From: Nitrospirota bacterium
GTDB lineage: Bacteria > Nitrospirota > Nitrospiria > 2-01-FULL-66-17
Reading direction: 5' to 3'
DNA length: 64,000 nt
Assembly: GCA_049325335.1 (NCBI GenBank)
Contig: JBMOMC010000043.1
Coordinates: 181,852 to 245,851 of the forward strand
Shown piece by piece: positions 30,353 through 40,444 of this stretch (position 1 is the stretch's first letter; each line of letters starts with the position of its first letter). The translations under genes were made by a program, and so were the position numbers. Below the pieces are notes generated by a model that worked only from the letters and a program-made list of their open reading frames with translations, was not told the DNA's origin and did no database searches.

Positions 30353-31507
30353 ATGAGTCTGGGAGCTCCGGTCCCGTTTCTCCTGTTCGGAGCCACGTTG
30401 CTGGGCGTGGCCGTGTTTCATCGACGCAGCTTCGAGGTGGCGATCACCGGGCTCGTCGTGATCGCAGGCCACGCGCTCCTGACCACGGACCTGGATCCGG
30501 CCGCGCACGTGGCGCACGAGGCGCGGCTAGTGGCCAACTTGATCGGCCTGCTCCTGGGGTTCGCAATCCTGGCCAAACAGTTCGAGGACTCGCGGGTGCC
30601 CGACTGGCTGCCGCGGTGGCTGCCGGATGATTGGTGGGGCGGGTTCGCGTTGCTCGTGTTGGTCGGCGTCTTGTCCACGTTCCTGGACAATATCGCGGCC
30701 GCCATGATCGGCGGGGTGATGGCCAACAAGCTGTACCAAGGCCGCGTGAGCGTGGGGTTTCTGGCCGCCATCGTGGCCGCGTCCAACGCGGGCGGCGCGG
30801 GGTCCGTGATCGGGGACACCACCACCACCATGATGTGGATCGCGGGCGTGCCCGCGCTTCACGTGGCGGACGCATTGGTGGGGGGCATCGTGGCGATTAC
30901 GGTCGTCGGCGTCATCGCCGCGCGCGCGCAACAACGCGTGCAGCCGATCCAAAAAGATCCCTCCGGCCGCCCGGCGATCGACGCGGGCCGGCTGGCGGTG
31001 GTGGCGCTGATGATCGTGGGCACCATCGCGGCCAATGTGTTGCTGGATTTCCCGGCCGCCGGGTTGTGGGGCGCGATCGTCGTGGGCAGCGCGGTTCGTT
31101 CCACTCCGTGGGCCGAGATCGCGCGCGCGGTCAAAGGCAGCCTGTTTTTATGTTCGCTCGTGTTGTCCGCGAGCTTGATGCCGGTGAGCTCGTTGCCCGA
31201 CCCGTCGTGGCAGAGCGCGCTGGGGTTGGGGTTCGTGAGCGCGGTGTTCGACAACATCCCGCTGACCGCATTGGCATTGTATCAGGGGGGCTACGATTGG
31301 GGCCTGCTGGCATTCGCGGTCGGGTACGGTGGGTCCATGATCTGGTTCGGGTCCTCCGCGGGCGTGGCGATCTGCAACCTGTTCCCCGAGGCCCGGAACA
31401 CGGGGCGGTGGCTGGCTGAGGGTTGGTATGTGGCGGTGGCGTATGTGCTGGGGTTTTTTGCGATGTTGGCGGTGTTTGGTTGGTACCCCGACATCCTTCC
31501 CCGATGA
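30353..31507 (+). CDS. Ion transporter (IT) superfamily permease, CitMHS/NhaD-like
   Basis: Many TM helices; STFLDNI, SNAGGAGSVIGDTTT, SAVFDNIP, FGSSAGVA. Confidence 0.8.
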   Translation: MSLGAPVPFLLFGATLLGVAVFHRRSFEVAITGLVVIAGHALLTTDLDPAAHVAHEARLVANLIGLLLGFAILAKQFEDSRVPDWLPRWLPDDWWGGFALLVLVGVLSTFLDNIAAAMIGGVMANKLYQGRVSVGFLAAIVAASNAGGAGSVIGDTTTTMMWIAGVPALHVADALVGGIVAITVVGVIAARAQQRVQPIQKDPSGRPAIDAGRLAVVALMIVGTIAANVLLDFPAAGLWGAIVVGSAVRSTPWAEIARAVKGSLFLCSLVLSASLMPVSSLPDPSWQSALGLGFVSAVFDNIPLTALALYQGGYDWGLLAFAVGYGGSMIWFGSSAGVAICNLFPEARNTGRWLAEGWYVAVAYVLGFFAMLAVFGWYPDILPR

Positions 31508-31576
31508 GCCTGCCCATCAACGGCCATCTGCGGCGTTGCCGGTCGGCCTTGCATCTGACCCTTCCTGAACAGGCTC
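31506..31576 (+). mobile_element. 71-bp MITE-like dispersed repeat, copy 1
   Basis: Terminal inverted repeat GAGCCTG...CAGGCTC; 62/71 identical to the reverse complement of 38771-38841. Confidence 0.75.
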
Positions 31577-31658
31577 CAACCTGCGTTGGTTGGGCAAGAT
31601 CGAGGAGGAGACTCGGGACAATGCACATCGGGATGGCGAGGCGATAGGGGAGGATGCA

Positions 31659-32180
31659 ATGGCGCAGGTGGCTCGAAAAGATTTGGTGCGGCACGAACGG
31701 TGGGGAGTGGGGAGGGTGGAGGCGGTGTTCGGGGTGGACGCGAGCGCGCGTTGCGGCGTATATTTCCCGCGCAGCGACCAGCAAGTGATCGTTCCGATGG
31801 GCGAGCTGGAGCGGCTCTCGTCCGCCGAGAGTGCGGCGTACGATCTGGCCAAACTCGCGTTGTCCGATCTGCGCGCCGGGGAGGTACCGGACACCGAGCT
31901 CGCGGATCGCTGGAAAGGCGGAGAATTGGTCCTCAAGCCGTCGAAGGCCGAGGTGGAGGCGAAGATTGTGCCATTGGATGCGTTTTTTCACAAGATCGTC
32001 ATGGCTCGCGACCGGTTACGGGTGTTGGAGCAACACGTCAACGCACACAAGGGTTTGTCGGACGCGGACAAAGTCCAGTTGCAGCAATACATCACCCGCA
32101 TCTACGGCTCGTTCACCACGTTCAACGTGCTGTTCAAGAACCGCGAGGATCAATTCGTGGGGCAAAAGGGCGAGGAGTGA
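31659..32180 (+). CDS. Conserved hypothetical protein (N-terminal SH3/Tudor-like motif, helical C-terminus)
   Basis: GGGGAGG SD; VRHERWGVGRV; FFHKIVMARDRLRVLEQ..N, QQYITRIYGSFTTFNVLF. Confidence 0.7.
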   Translation: MAQVARKDLVRHERWGVGRVEAVFGVDASARCGVYFPRSDQQVIVPMGELERLSSAESAAYDLAKLALSDLRAGEVPDTELADRWKGGELVLKPSKAEVEAKIVPLDAFFHKIVMARDRLRVLEQHVNAHKGLSDADKVQLQQYITRIYGSFTTFNVLFKNREDQFVGQKGEE

Positions 32181-32187
32181 GCGTGCC

Positions 32188-32532
32188 GTGAAGCCCCCTC
32201 CGATCCCGCAGCTCCACCCGCAAACCCTCAAGTCGCGGCTCGATGCCGGCGAGCCCCTCGTGATCGTGGATGTGCGCGAGACGTGGGAGTACTCGCTCGC
32301 GCACATCCCGGGGTCGATCAACTTCCCGTTGGGCGAACTGGCCGACTGCGTGATGGAGCTTGATCAGGAAGACGAGATCGTGGTGTGCTGCCACCACGGC
32401 GCGCGCAGTTACGAGGGCGCGCAGATCCTGATCGAATCCGGGTTTCCCCGCGTGGCCAATTTGATCGGCGGCATCGACGCGTGGTCGTGCCTGGTGGATC
32501 CGTCCATTCCGCGGTACCGCGAAGGCGGGTAA
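32188..32532 (+). CDS. Rhodanese-like sulfurtransferase
   Basis: VDVRE.WE...HIPGS, CHHGARS, NL.GGIDAWS..VDP..PRY. Confidence 0.85.
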   Translation: MKPPPIPQLHPQTLKSRLDAGEPLVIVDVRETWEYSLAHIPGSINFPLGELADCVMELDQEDEIVVCCHHGARSYEGAQILIESGFPRVANLIGGIDAWSCLVDPSIPRYREGG

Positions 32533-32645
32533 CGCGAACACCGGACGGCATTCGGGGAGGAGTTGCTTGACCCGCGAACCGACAGCGGGCTAAGCTGGGC
32601 CGTTCTGAAGGCTCGGTGTCGGCCCCTGATGAGTGAAGGCCTCTG

Positions 32646-33437
32646 ATGGCTGTTGATCCCACCAAACCGAAGCGCATTCTCGTTGTACACGGCGTGCAAT
32701 CCGGCACGAATGCCGACCAGAACCAGCATCACCTCATCGTCGAACTGATTAAAACGCGCCTGAACAACGCGCCGTTGCGGTTCGAGGCGGAGATGTATCG
32801 GTACGAGAACGTCAACGATCAGGCGCAGCGGCAGCTCCGGCACGTGATGAAGTTGTTCTTCAATCACATTGTGGCGGAGAAGTTGGTGGACCTGACCGCT
32901 GATATCGTTTTGGACGTGTTGATCGCGCTCAAAGGCGACAACACGGCACGGACGATCCGTCAGGGGTTGGTGGATCGGCTGCTGGAAATCCATGATGACG
33001 GCAATCCTCTCTACCTGGTCGCGCACAGCCTGGGAACGATCTATGCGTTCGACGCGGTGAATCAGTTGATTAAGACGCCGGGGTGTTTTGATCGCGGCAA
33101 CCGCAAGACCTGGCCGGTGCTGGGGTTGATCACCCTGGGTTCTCCCATCGGGCTCAGGATGTTCAAGCGCACTCGCGTGACGCCGCTCGGCCCCGGGGAT
33201 AAATTCATGCGGTGGATCAACTATTGGGACCGCACGGATCCGGTGGTGACCGGCTCGTTTTACGGGAAACCGAACGAAGGGTATGTCATTGCCGAGCGCT
33301 TCGCGACGCGCAACGAGGATTGCGGGTGGATCATCCAAGACAAGGTTGTGGATGTCGGGAAGGCCTGGTTGCCGGCGCATTGCGGCTATTGGTCGCATCC
33401 CGGGCTTGGGGATGACTTGGTGAGCTTGCTGGGGTGA
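32646..33437 (+). CDS. Alpha/beta hydrolase-fold protein
   Basis: VVHG, AHSLG nucleophile elbow, ITLGSP, W.NYWDRTDPV, terminal H..YW. Confidence 0.75.
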   Translation: MAVDPTKPKRILVVHGVQSGTNADQNQHHLIVELIKTRLNNAPLRFEAEMYRYENVNDQAQRQLRHVMKLFFNHIVAEKLVDLTADIVLDVLIALKGDNTARTIRQGLVDRLLEIHDDGNPLYLVAHSLGTIYAFDAVNQLIKTPGCFDRGNRKTWPVLGLITLGSPIGLRMFKRTRVTPLGPGDKFMRWINYWDRTDPVVTGSFYGKPNEGYVIAERFATRNEDCGWIIQDKVVDVGKAWLPAHCGYWSHPGLGDDLVSLLG

Positions 33438-33466
33438 TCGCATCATGCGGGAAGAGAGGAGCTGAT

Positions 33467-34003
33467 ATGCGGGTGATGGGACGGGGATTATTGGTGGTCA
33501 CGCTGATGCTCGCGGGTTGCGCGCACCGATACGTGTACTCTGGGACCGTGGAGGCGCCGGATTCGGCGGGGCGGGTTGGGCCGCACCTGATTTATTGGAA
33601 CACAACCACGCGACCGCTCTGGTTCGACACGCAGGAAGGTAGCGTGCGGATCTTGGCGGGGTGCAGCCGCAATACCGTCGCGTATGACGAGCAGCCGTCT
33701 GGGATTTTTTTTAGGGCGCGCGGTCGCGACAAACCCGTGCTGGCGCAAGCGTCGGATCCGCGCGTCTGCGGCCGAGTCCTCACCGCCGACCGGATCGTGG
33801 ATCTGCCGGACGGCCGCGTGAACGTGACGGTGTCGTGCCAGGACGCGCCCCAAGACGATCTGGATACCCCGCAACCCTACCTCAAAGCCCGTGAACAACC
33901 CTACGAATTTCCCGTGACCAGGCGGGAAGTGAAAGACTTCGGCGAAATCCCCGCGCGGCCGGAGTGCGATCGGTCGGGGACATCCGAAACGATCCCCGAG
34001 TGA
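33467..34003 (+). CDS. Hypothetical lipoprotein
   Basis: GAGGAG SD; lipobox LAGC. Confidence 0.7.
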   Translation: MRVMGRGLLVVTLMLAGCAHRYVYSGTVEAPDSAGRVGPHLIYWNTTTRPLWFDTQEGSVRILAGCSRNTVAYDEQPSGIFFRARGRDKPVLAQASDPRVCGRVLTADRIVDLPDGRVNVTVSCQDAPQDDLDTPQPYLKAREQPYEFPVTRREVKDFGEIPARPECDRSGTSETIPE

Positions 34004-34015
34004 ATCGGAGACCGC

Positions 34016-34801
34016 GTGATGATCACGGACACGGAATCGACTGATCTACACACCCCCACCGGCCCCATGCGCACGTATGTATTTCGTCCGGCTGCCGCGG
34101 GGCGGTATCCGGGCCTGCTTGTGTACTCCGAGATCTTCCAGGTCACGGGGCCCATCCGTCGCACCGCGGCTCTGTTGGCGAGCCACGGTTTTGTGGTGGC
34201 GGTTCCGGAGATCTATCACGAACTGGAGCCGGCCGGCACGGTGTTGGCCTACGACGAGGCGGGCGCGGAACGCGGCAACCGGCACAAGATCACCAAGGCG
34301 CTGGCGAGCTATGACACGGATGCGCGCGCGGTCTTGGACTATCTGACGGCGTCGCCGCACTGCACGGGCCGGCTGGGCGTGATGGGGATCTGTATCGGGG
34401 GGCACCTTGCGTTCCGCGCCGCGATGAATCCAGACGTGTTGGCCGCCGCGTGTTTTTACGCGACCGACATCCATAAACGCGGATTGGGCAGCGGTACGCG
34501 CGATAACAGCCTGGACCGGATTCCCGAGATTACGGGTGAGCTGCTCATGATCTGGGGCAGACAAGACCCCCACATTCCGCGCGAGGGTCGGGCGCTCATC
34601 TACAACGCGCTCAGCGACGCCGGAACGCGTTTTCAGTGGCACGAATTCAACGCCGCGCACGCCTTTCTCCGCGATGAAGGCCCCCGCTACGATCCGGCCG
34701 CAGCGAGGATCTGCTACGACATGGCGCTGGAACTGTTTCACCGGAAACTCGGTGAAGGTGATCGGAGTGCGGCGGCCGCGTCCACCGAAACCAAACACTG
34801 A
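34016..34801 (+). CDS. Dienelactone hydrolase family protein
   Basis: EIFQV, GICIGG, WG..DPH, HAFLRD. Confidence 0.9.
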   Translation: MMITDTESTDLHTPTGPMRTYVFRPAAAGRYPGLLVYSEIFQVTGPIRRTAALLASHGFVVAVPEIYHELEPAGTVLAYDEAGAERGNRHKITKALASYDTDARAVLDYLTASPHCTGRLGVMGICIGGHLAFRAAMNPDVLAAACFYATDIHKRGLGSGTRDNSLDRIPEITGELLMIWGRQDPHIPREGRALIYNALSDAGTRFQWHEFNAAHAFLRDEGPRYDPAAARICYDMALELFHRKLGEGDRSAAAASTETKH

Positions 34802-34943
34802 AGCCTGAGCCCGCCATCCATGCGGCGTTGACATCGTATGGCGCTCAGCGGGAAGATACTCCGCCATCCGCGCTGTTCCCGCGGCGCGTCGCGGCGGGGT
34901 GAGGGAAATCGTGGTTCCTCGGATTGTCACGGGAGGGCTGACC

Positions 34944-35309
34944 ATGAAGATCGGACCGACCAAGGTGATCATCATGAGCCATGCGTTGTATGACGCGAGT
35001 ACCGGCACGCTGGTCAAGGACGGGTTGTCCACGCGGGAGGCCATCAACGACTACGCGGCGCGGCACTTTATCGCCTTGCCGGTGGTGGACCATGCGGGGC
35101 GCGAGTGGTCATTCGACGGGGAGTTTGTGTACTGCCTGCACGGTGGGACGTATGAGACCCTGGATTGCGACCTCCCCCACGCCAGACCCTGCGTGGATTG
35201 CGGGGGAATGTCGCTTCCCAGCGACGAGGTCACCCTTGAGCGGGACTGTATCCGGTGCACCCAATGCGGCCATGAATTTGAGGCACGCCTGGAGATGATG
35301 GAGAGCTGA
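34944..35309 (+). CDS. Hypothetical protein with a C-terminal zinc ribbon
   Basis: GGAGG SD; CVDCGG...CTQCGHEF. Confidence 0.65.
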   Translation: MKIGPTKVIIMSHALYDASTGTLVKDGLSTREAINDYAARHFIALPVVDHAGREWSFDGEFVYCLHGGTYETLDCDLPHARPCVDCGGMSLPSDEVTLERDCIRCTQCGHEFEARLEMMES

Positions 35310-35424
35310 TGTCCCGTCGTCCGTCTGCCGGGGGTTGGGCGCGAGCAGGCTTCGCGTCGCAAGCCCGTTGAGTTCTTCCTGGCTCCGCGAGTTGCGGAGC
35401 CGCGATCCGACCCCGTATACTCTG

Positions 35425-36042
35425 GTGCCCTTGATTCCGGAACGCCGCGTGCAACGCCTCCTGTTTTTCGATATTGAAACCGTGCCCACCGAGCACGGGT
35501 TTACGCACGGCAAGCCGCGTGGAGCCGACGAGAGCGAGGAGCAGTACATCAAGCGCCTCTCGCTCTCCGCGCTCACCGCGCGGGTGTTGTGCCTCGGCTA
35601 CGCGCTGGAGCCGCCTACGGACGCGCCTGCACAGGTCCTGGCCGGGGACGAGGCCGCGATCCTCAAGGATTTTTGGGGGCTGGTGGAACGGGCCGATCTG
35701 TTTATCGGCCACAATGTCTTGGATTTTGACCTGAAGTTCATCGTCCAGCGCTCCACCATCCACCGGATCAAGCCCAGCCGGGAGATCCCGTTCGCGCGGT
35801 TTCGCAATGCTCCGGTGTTCGACACCATGCAGGAGTGGTCGCGCTGGGGTCGCGACAATGCCGGCCTGGAGGCGCTGGCACTGGCGATGGGCCTGGCCTC
35901 GCCGAAGGATGGGATGGACGGGTCCAAGGTATATCCCGCGTTCGTCGCCGGTAAGTTGGAGGAAATCTCCCGCTACTGTCGGGGCGACGTCGAGACGGTG
36001 CGGAACATTTATCGACGGTTGAAATTTGCGGAAGGGAGTTAG
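35425..36042 (+). CDS. DEDDy 3'-5' exonuclease (RNase H-like/PolB-exo-like; start approximate)
   Basis: FDIET, GHN..DFD, YC..DV. Confidence 0.8.
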   Translation: MPLIPERRVQRLLFFDIETVPTEHGFTHGKPRGADESEEQYIKRLSLSALTARVLCLGYALEPPTDAPAQVLAGDEAAILKDFWGLVERADLFIGHNVLDFDLKFIVQRSTIHRIKPSREIPFARFRNAPVFDTMQEWSRWGRDNAGLEALALAMGLASPKDGMDGSKVYPAFVAGKLEEISRYCRGDVETVRNIYRRLKFAEGS

Positions 36043-37722
36043 ATGGCGACGTATCAGTACATTTTCACGATGCACAAGGTCACCAAGGTGGTTCCGCCCA
36101 AGCGCAAGATCTTGGAGGACATCTCGCTGTCGTTTTATCCCGGCGCGAAGATCGGGGTGCTGGGGTTGAACGGCTCGGGCAAGTCCACATTGCTGCGAAT
36201 CATGGCGGGCGCGGACCCGGAGTTCTTGGGTGAAGCCAAGCCGGCCAAGGGCATCAAGATCGGGTATCTTCCCCAGGAGCCGCAGTTGAATCTTTCCAAA
36301 GACGTGCGCGGCAACGTGGAAGAAGGCGTGGCCGCGGTCAAAGGTCTGCTGGATGAGTTCAACGCGGTGAGCGCCAAATTGGGCGAGCCCATGTCGGATG
36401 ACGCCATGACCGCGCTGCTCGACAAACAAGCCGCGCTGCAGGAAAAAATCGACGCGGCCAACGCGTGGGAACTGGACCGTCAGTTGGAGATCGCGGCGGA
36501 TGCCCTGCGCCTGCCGCCGTGGGACGCGGACGTGGAGAAACTCTCGGGCGGAGAGCGTCGGCGCGTGGCGTTGTGCCGGCTGCTCCTATCCAACCCCGAC
36601 ATGTTGCTGCTCGATGAGCCCACCAACCACTTGGACGCGGAATCCGTGGCCTGGTTGGAGCGATTCCTGAAGGATTTTAAGGGCACGGTGGTGGCGGTCA
36701 CCCACGATCGGTATTTCCTGGACAACGTGGCGGGCTGGATCTTGGAGCTGGATCGCGGGCGCGGCATCCCGTGGGAAGGCAATTATTCGTCGTGGCTCGA
36801 TCAAAAGGCGGTGCGACTCGCGCAGGAAGAAAAGCAGGAATCCGCGCGCCAACGCGCCCTCAAACACGAGTTGGAATGGGTCCGCACCGCGCCCAAGGGC
36901 CGCCATGCCAAGAGCAAGGCACGGCTCAAAGCCTACGAGGAACTCGCGTCCCAAGAAGTCACGTCCCGCAGCGAAACCAAGGACATCATGATTCCGCCGG
37001 GGCCGCGTCTGGGCGAACTCGTGATCGAGGTCAAGGATCTGATCAAAGGCTTCCGCGATCGGCTGTTGATCGAGGGCCTAAGTTTTTCGCTCCCGCGCGG
37101 CGGGATCGTGGGCATCATTGGTCCCAACGGCGCGGGCAAAACCACGCTGTTTCGGATGCTCGTCGGCCAGGACAAGCCAGACAGCGGGACGGTCAAGGTG
37201 GGGGATACCGTGAAGCTGGCATACGTGGATCAGTCGCGCGACGCCCTGGATGGCGCCAAAACCGTGTTCGACGAGATTGCCGGCGGTCAGGACGTGATTA
37301 TGGTGGGCAAACGCGAATTGGCCGCGCGTGCGTACGTGGGCGGCTTCAATTTCAAGAATACGGACCAACAGAAGCTCGTGAAGGAACTCTCGGGCGGCGA
37401 ACGCAACCGCGTGCATCTGGCCAAATTACTCAAGAGCGGCGGCAACGTGTTGCTGCTCGATGAGCCGAGCAACGACCTGGACGTAGAAACCCTGCGCGCG
37501 GTGGAGGAGGCGCTGTTGGACTTTGCGGGCTGCGTACTGGTGATCAGCCACGACCGCTGGTTCCTGGACCGGATCGCCACGCACATCCTGGCGTTCGAGG
37601 GCGACAGTCGGGTGGTGTGGTTCGAGGGCAATTATTTGGAGTACGAGGAAGATCGCCACAAACGCCTCGGCGCGGAAGCGGACCAGCCGCACCGCATCAA
37701 GTACCGGCCGCTGACCCGCTAA
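36043..37722 (+). CDS. ettA: Energy-dependent translational throttle EttA (ABC-F)
   Basis: [20 protein letters not shown]; two ABC domains; [10 protein letters not shown]-terminus. Confidence 0.95.
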   Translation: MATYQYIFTMHKVTKVVPPKRKILEDISLSFYPGAKIGVLGLNGSGKSTLLRIMAGADPEFLGEAKPAKGIKIGYLPQEPQLNLSKDVRGNVEEGVAAVKGLLDEFNAVSAKLGEPMSDDAMTALLDKQAALQEKIDAANAWELDRQLEIAADALRLPPWDADVEKLSGGERRRVALCRLLLSNPDMLLLDEPTNHLDAESVAWLERFLKDFKGTVVAVTHDRYFLDNVAGWILELDRGRGIPWEGNYSSWLDQKAVRLAQEEKQESARQRALKHELEWVRTAPKGRHAKSKARLKAYEELASQEVTSRSETKDIMIPPGPRLGELVIEVKDLIKGFRDRLLIEGLSFSLPRGGIVGIIGPNGAGKTTLFRMLVGQDKPDSGTVKVGDTVKLAYVDQSRDALDGAKTVFDEIAGGQDVIMVGKRELAARAYVGGFNFKNTDQQKLVKELSGGERNRVHLAKLLKSGGNVLLLDEPSNDLDVETLRAVEEALLDFAGCVLVISHDRWFLDRIATHILAFEGDSRVVWFEGNYLEYEEDRHKRLGAEADQPHRIKYRPLTR

Positions 37723-37810
37723 AGTTGGCTGGTATGCCGATGACGAGCGATTCCCCCCGATCATCTCAATGCCCCCTGAACCGGCGAACGATATTTCGAA
37801 TTCTCGCTCC

Positions 37811-37996
37811 ATGAAAATGCTCAAAGTCAGCCGGGGCTCGCTGTTTCTCTGCGACACCTGCTACCACATCATCGAGGAGTCGGGGCAAATCGATGGTGAT
37901 CGCGCCGCGTCCGACGCGGTGATCGGGGAGTTGTGTCCCAATTGCGAAGATCAGAACAAGCCCCTGTTGGACGACCTGCTGGGCAGCGAGGAATAA
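37811..37996 (+). CDS. Small acidic protein with two CxxC motifs
   Basis: CDTC...CPNC; 61 aa. Confidence 0.5.
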   Translation: MKMLKVSRGSLFLCDTCYHIIEESGQIDGDRAASDAVIGELCPNCEDQNKPLLDDLLGSEE

Positions 37997-38091
37997 TCCC
38001 CGGTTCGCATCCGCGTGGTTTCTTGATTCACCGCGGTTCTCTTGCTATTCTGGCTGGCCTGTTGCCTGTTCATCCGTCTGGTTGAATCGCG

Positions 38092-38727
38092 ATGCGCGTG
38101 ACCGAGATCTTCCACAGTATCCAAGGCGAGTCCACGTTTGCGGGACTCCCGTGCGTGTTTGTCCGCGTGACCGGTTGTCCGTTGCGTTGTACGTGGTGCG
38201 ATACCGCGTACGCGTTCTACGACGGCGACGAGATGAACTTGGATCAGGTCATGGCGCGGGTGGCGGGTTTTGGCTGCCGATTGGTCGAGATCACGGGCGG
38301 CGAACCATTGCATAACCCCGAGGCGTTCGCATTGATCGCGCGTTTGGCGGACGCGGGATACACCGTCCTAGTGGAGACCAGCGGCGCCATCGACATTGCG
38401 CCGGTGGACCGGCGCGCCGTGATCATCATGGATTTGAAATGTCCGGGGAGCGGCATGGACGACCGCAATCTGTGGGGCAATCTCGATCGCCTCAAACCCG
38501 GCGATCAGGTCAAGTTCGTGCTCAAGGACCGAGAGGACTACGAGTGGACGCGCGAGGTGCTGGCGCGCACACGGGTCCACGAGCGGCAGACCGTGTTGTT
38601 TTCGACCGTGTTCGGCGAGCTGGACCCCAAGGTGCTTGCGGAATGGATGCTGGAGGATCGCGTGTCGGCGAGGCTCCAATTGCAATTACACAAACTGATT
38701 TGGGATCCCGCCGCGCGTGGCGTGTAG
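38092..38727 (+). CDS. queE: 7-carboxy-7-deazaguanine synthase QueE (radical SAM)
   Basis: EIFHSIQGE, CPLRCTWCDT, ITGGEP, LQLHK. Confidence 0.88.
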   Translation: MRVTEIFHSIQGESTFAGLPCVFVRVTGCPLRCTWCDTAYAFYDGDEMNLDQVMARVAGFGCRLVEITGGEPLHNPEAFALIARLADAGYTVLVETSGAIDIAPVDRRAVIIMDLKCPGSGMDDRNLWGNLDRLKPGDQVKFVLKDREDYEWTREVLARTRVHERQTVLFSTVFGELDPKVLAEWMLEDRVSARLQLQLHKLIWDPAARGV

Positions 38728-38770
38728 GCGGGTTCGTTCGACGAAGAGTGTGTCCGAGTAACCAAGTTTG

Positions 38771-38841
38771 GAGCCTGTTCAGGGAAGGTCAGACGCAAGG
38801 CCGACCGACAACGCGGCAGATGGCCTTTCATGACCAGGCTC
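38771..38841 (-). mobile_element. 71-bp MITE-like dispersed repeat, copy 2 (inverted relative to copy 1)
   Basis: GAGCCTG...CAGGCTC termini; homologous to 31506-31576. Confidence 0.75.
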
Positions 38842-38854
38842 CTCGAGGAGGGGT

Positions 38855-40444
38855 ATGACGCGAGCAATTACAGTGAAGGCCGGGTCCATCCAGCGAGCGA
38901 CCGAAGACGCGGTGGTGGTGTTCCGGCACCAAGGCGGAGAAGCCCCTGAGTTTTTCGCCGCGATCGGCAGGGCGGTGGGGCCGTCGTTCGCGCAGGCGCT
39001 CACCGGCGCGGGTTTCGACGGGAAGGCGGGCCAGGCGGTGCTGGTGCATACCGCGGGGCGGATCACGCCGCGGGTGGTGGTGGCCGCGGGACTGGGCCCG
39101 CGCGATGGCATGGGGCCGGAGCGCGTGCGGCAGGCCGCGGCGCGGGCGGCGCAACGCGCGCGGGACGCGGGGTGCGAACGCGTGGCCTTCGACGCCGCGA
39201 TCGGGGATGATGCCGAGTCGATCGCGCGCGCGTGCGTCGAGGGCGCGCTCATGGGGTTGTATCGATTCACCCGCTACAAGACGGATCGCGACAACAACGG
39301 GCGCGACGTCAAGGCCGTGGTCTGTTACATCGGCTCGGGAGAGCATTCCGCGGCGCGGGCCGGCGCGCGCCGCGGCGCGATCGTGGCCGAGAGCGTCAAT
39401 CACGTCCGCGACCTGGGGAACCTTCCCTCGAACGTGGCCACTCCCACGTACATCGCGGCGCGGGCGCGGGCTGTTGCGCGGGCGAACAAACTCTCGTGCG
39501 AAGTGCTTGACCGCAAGGGCATGGAGCGCCTGGGCATGGGCGCCTTGCTGGGCGTGGCCCGTGGCAGCATGGAACCCCCGAAGTTCATCATTCTCCGATA
39601 CGACGGCGGGAAGACATCCGGACGCGCGTCCGATCGCCCGATCGTGTTGGTCGGGAAAACCATCACGTTCGACAGCGGCGGCATTTCGCTCAAACCCGCG
39701 GACAAGATGGAGCAGATGAAGAGCGACATGATGGGCGGGGCGGGCGTGTTGTCGGTCATGGAGGCCGCGGCCAAGTTGTCGCTGCCGATGTCGATCGTCG
39801 GGTTGTTGCCCGCGACCGAGAACATGCCGAGTGGGACCGCGATCAAACCCGGCGACGTGGTCACCGCGATGTCCGGCACCACGGTGGAAGTGATCAATAC
39901 CGACGCCGAGGGCCGGTTGATCCTGGCCGACGCCTTGGCGTATGCGGTCAAACGCTTCCAGCCCCGGATGATGGTGGACATCGCCACCTTGACCGGCGCG
40001 TGCTCCATTGCACTTGGCCAACACGCGATCGGGTTGTTGGGCACGGACGCGCCGCTTATCGACCGGCTGCGTCGGGCCGCGGACGACTCGGGCGAACGCG
40101 TGTGGCAGTTGCCGTTGTGGGAGGAGTACTACGAGCAGATCACGAGCGACGTGGCGGACCTCAAGAACACGGGCGGCCGGGCCGCGGGGACCATTACGGC
40201 CGCGGCGTTTTTGAGCAAGTTCGTGGGAAGTACGCCGTGGGCGCACCTGGACATCGCGGGCACCATGTGGAGCGACGATGCGCGCCATTATGTGACCAAA
40301 GGTCCCACCGGCGCCGGCGTGCGCCTGCTTATTCAATTTTTGATCGACGAGGCGGGAACCGCGCAGCCGCCCAAACCGCGCGCGCGGACTCGGGTCCCGC
40401 GACGGATGCGCGCCGGGATCCGCCGTGCGACGGTTCGGCGATGA
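38855..40444 (+). CDS. pepA: Leucyl aminopeptidase (M17)
   Basis: VGK.ITFDSGG, MKSDM.G, NTDAEGRL, ATLTGA, WAHLDIAG. Confidence 0.95.
   Translation: MTRAITVKAGSIQRATEDAVVVFRHQGGEAPEFFAAIGRAVGPSFAQALTGAGFDGKAGQAVLVHTAGRITPRVVVAAGLGPRDGMGPERVRQAAARAAQRARDAGCERVAFDAAIGDDAESIARACVEGALMGLYRFTRYKTDRDNNGRDVKAVVCYIGSGEHSAARAGARRGAIVAESVNHVRDLGNLPSNVATPTYIAARARAVARANKLSCEVLDRKGMERLGMGALLGVARGSMEPPKFIILRYDGGKTSGRASDRPIVLVGKTITFDSGGISLKPADKMEQMKSDMMGGAGVLSVMEAAAKLSLPMSIVGLLPATENMPSGTAIKPGDVVTAMSGTTVEVINTDAEGRLILADALAYAVKRFQPRMMVDIATLTGACSIALGQHAIGLLGTDAPLIDRLRRAADDSGERVWQLPLWEEYYEQITSDVADLKNTGGRAAGTITAAAFLSKFVGSTPWAHLDIAGTMWSDDARHYVTKGPTGAGVRLLIQFLIDEAGTAQPPKPRARTRVPRRMRAGIRRATVRR

Noticed and set aside
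32596..32645. CTGATGAG after a GGGCCG/CGGCCC stem, resembling a hammerhead core
   Set aside because: There is no properly placed GAAA or complete three-stem junction.
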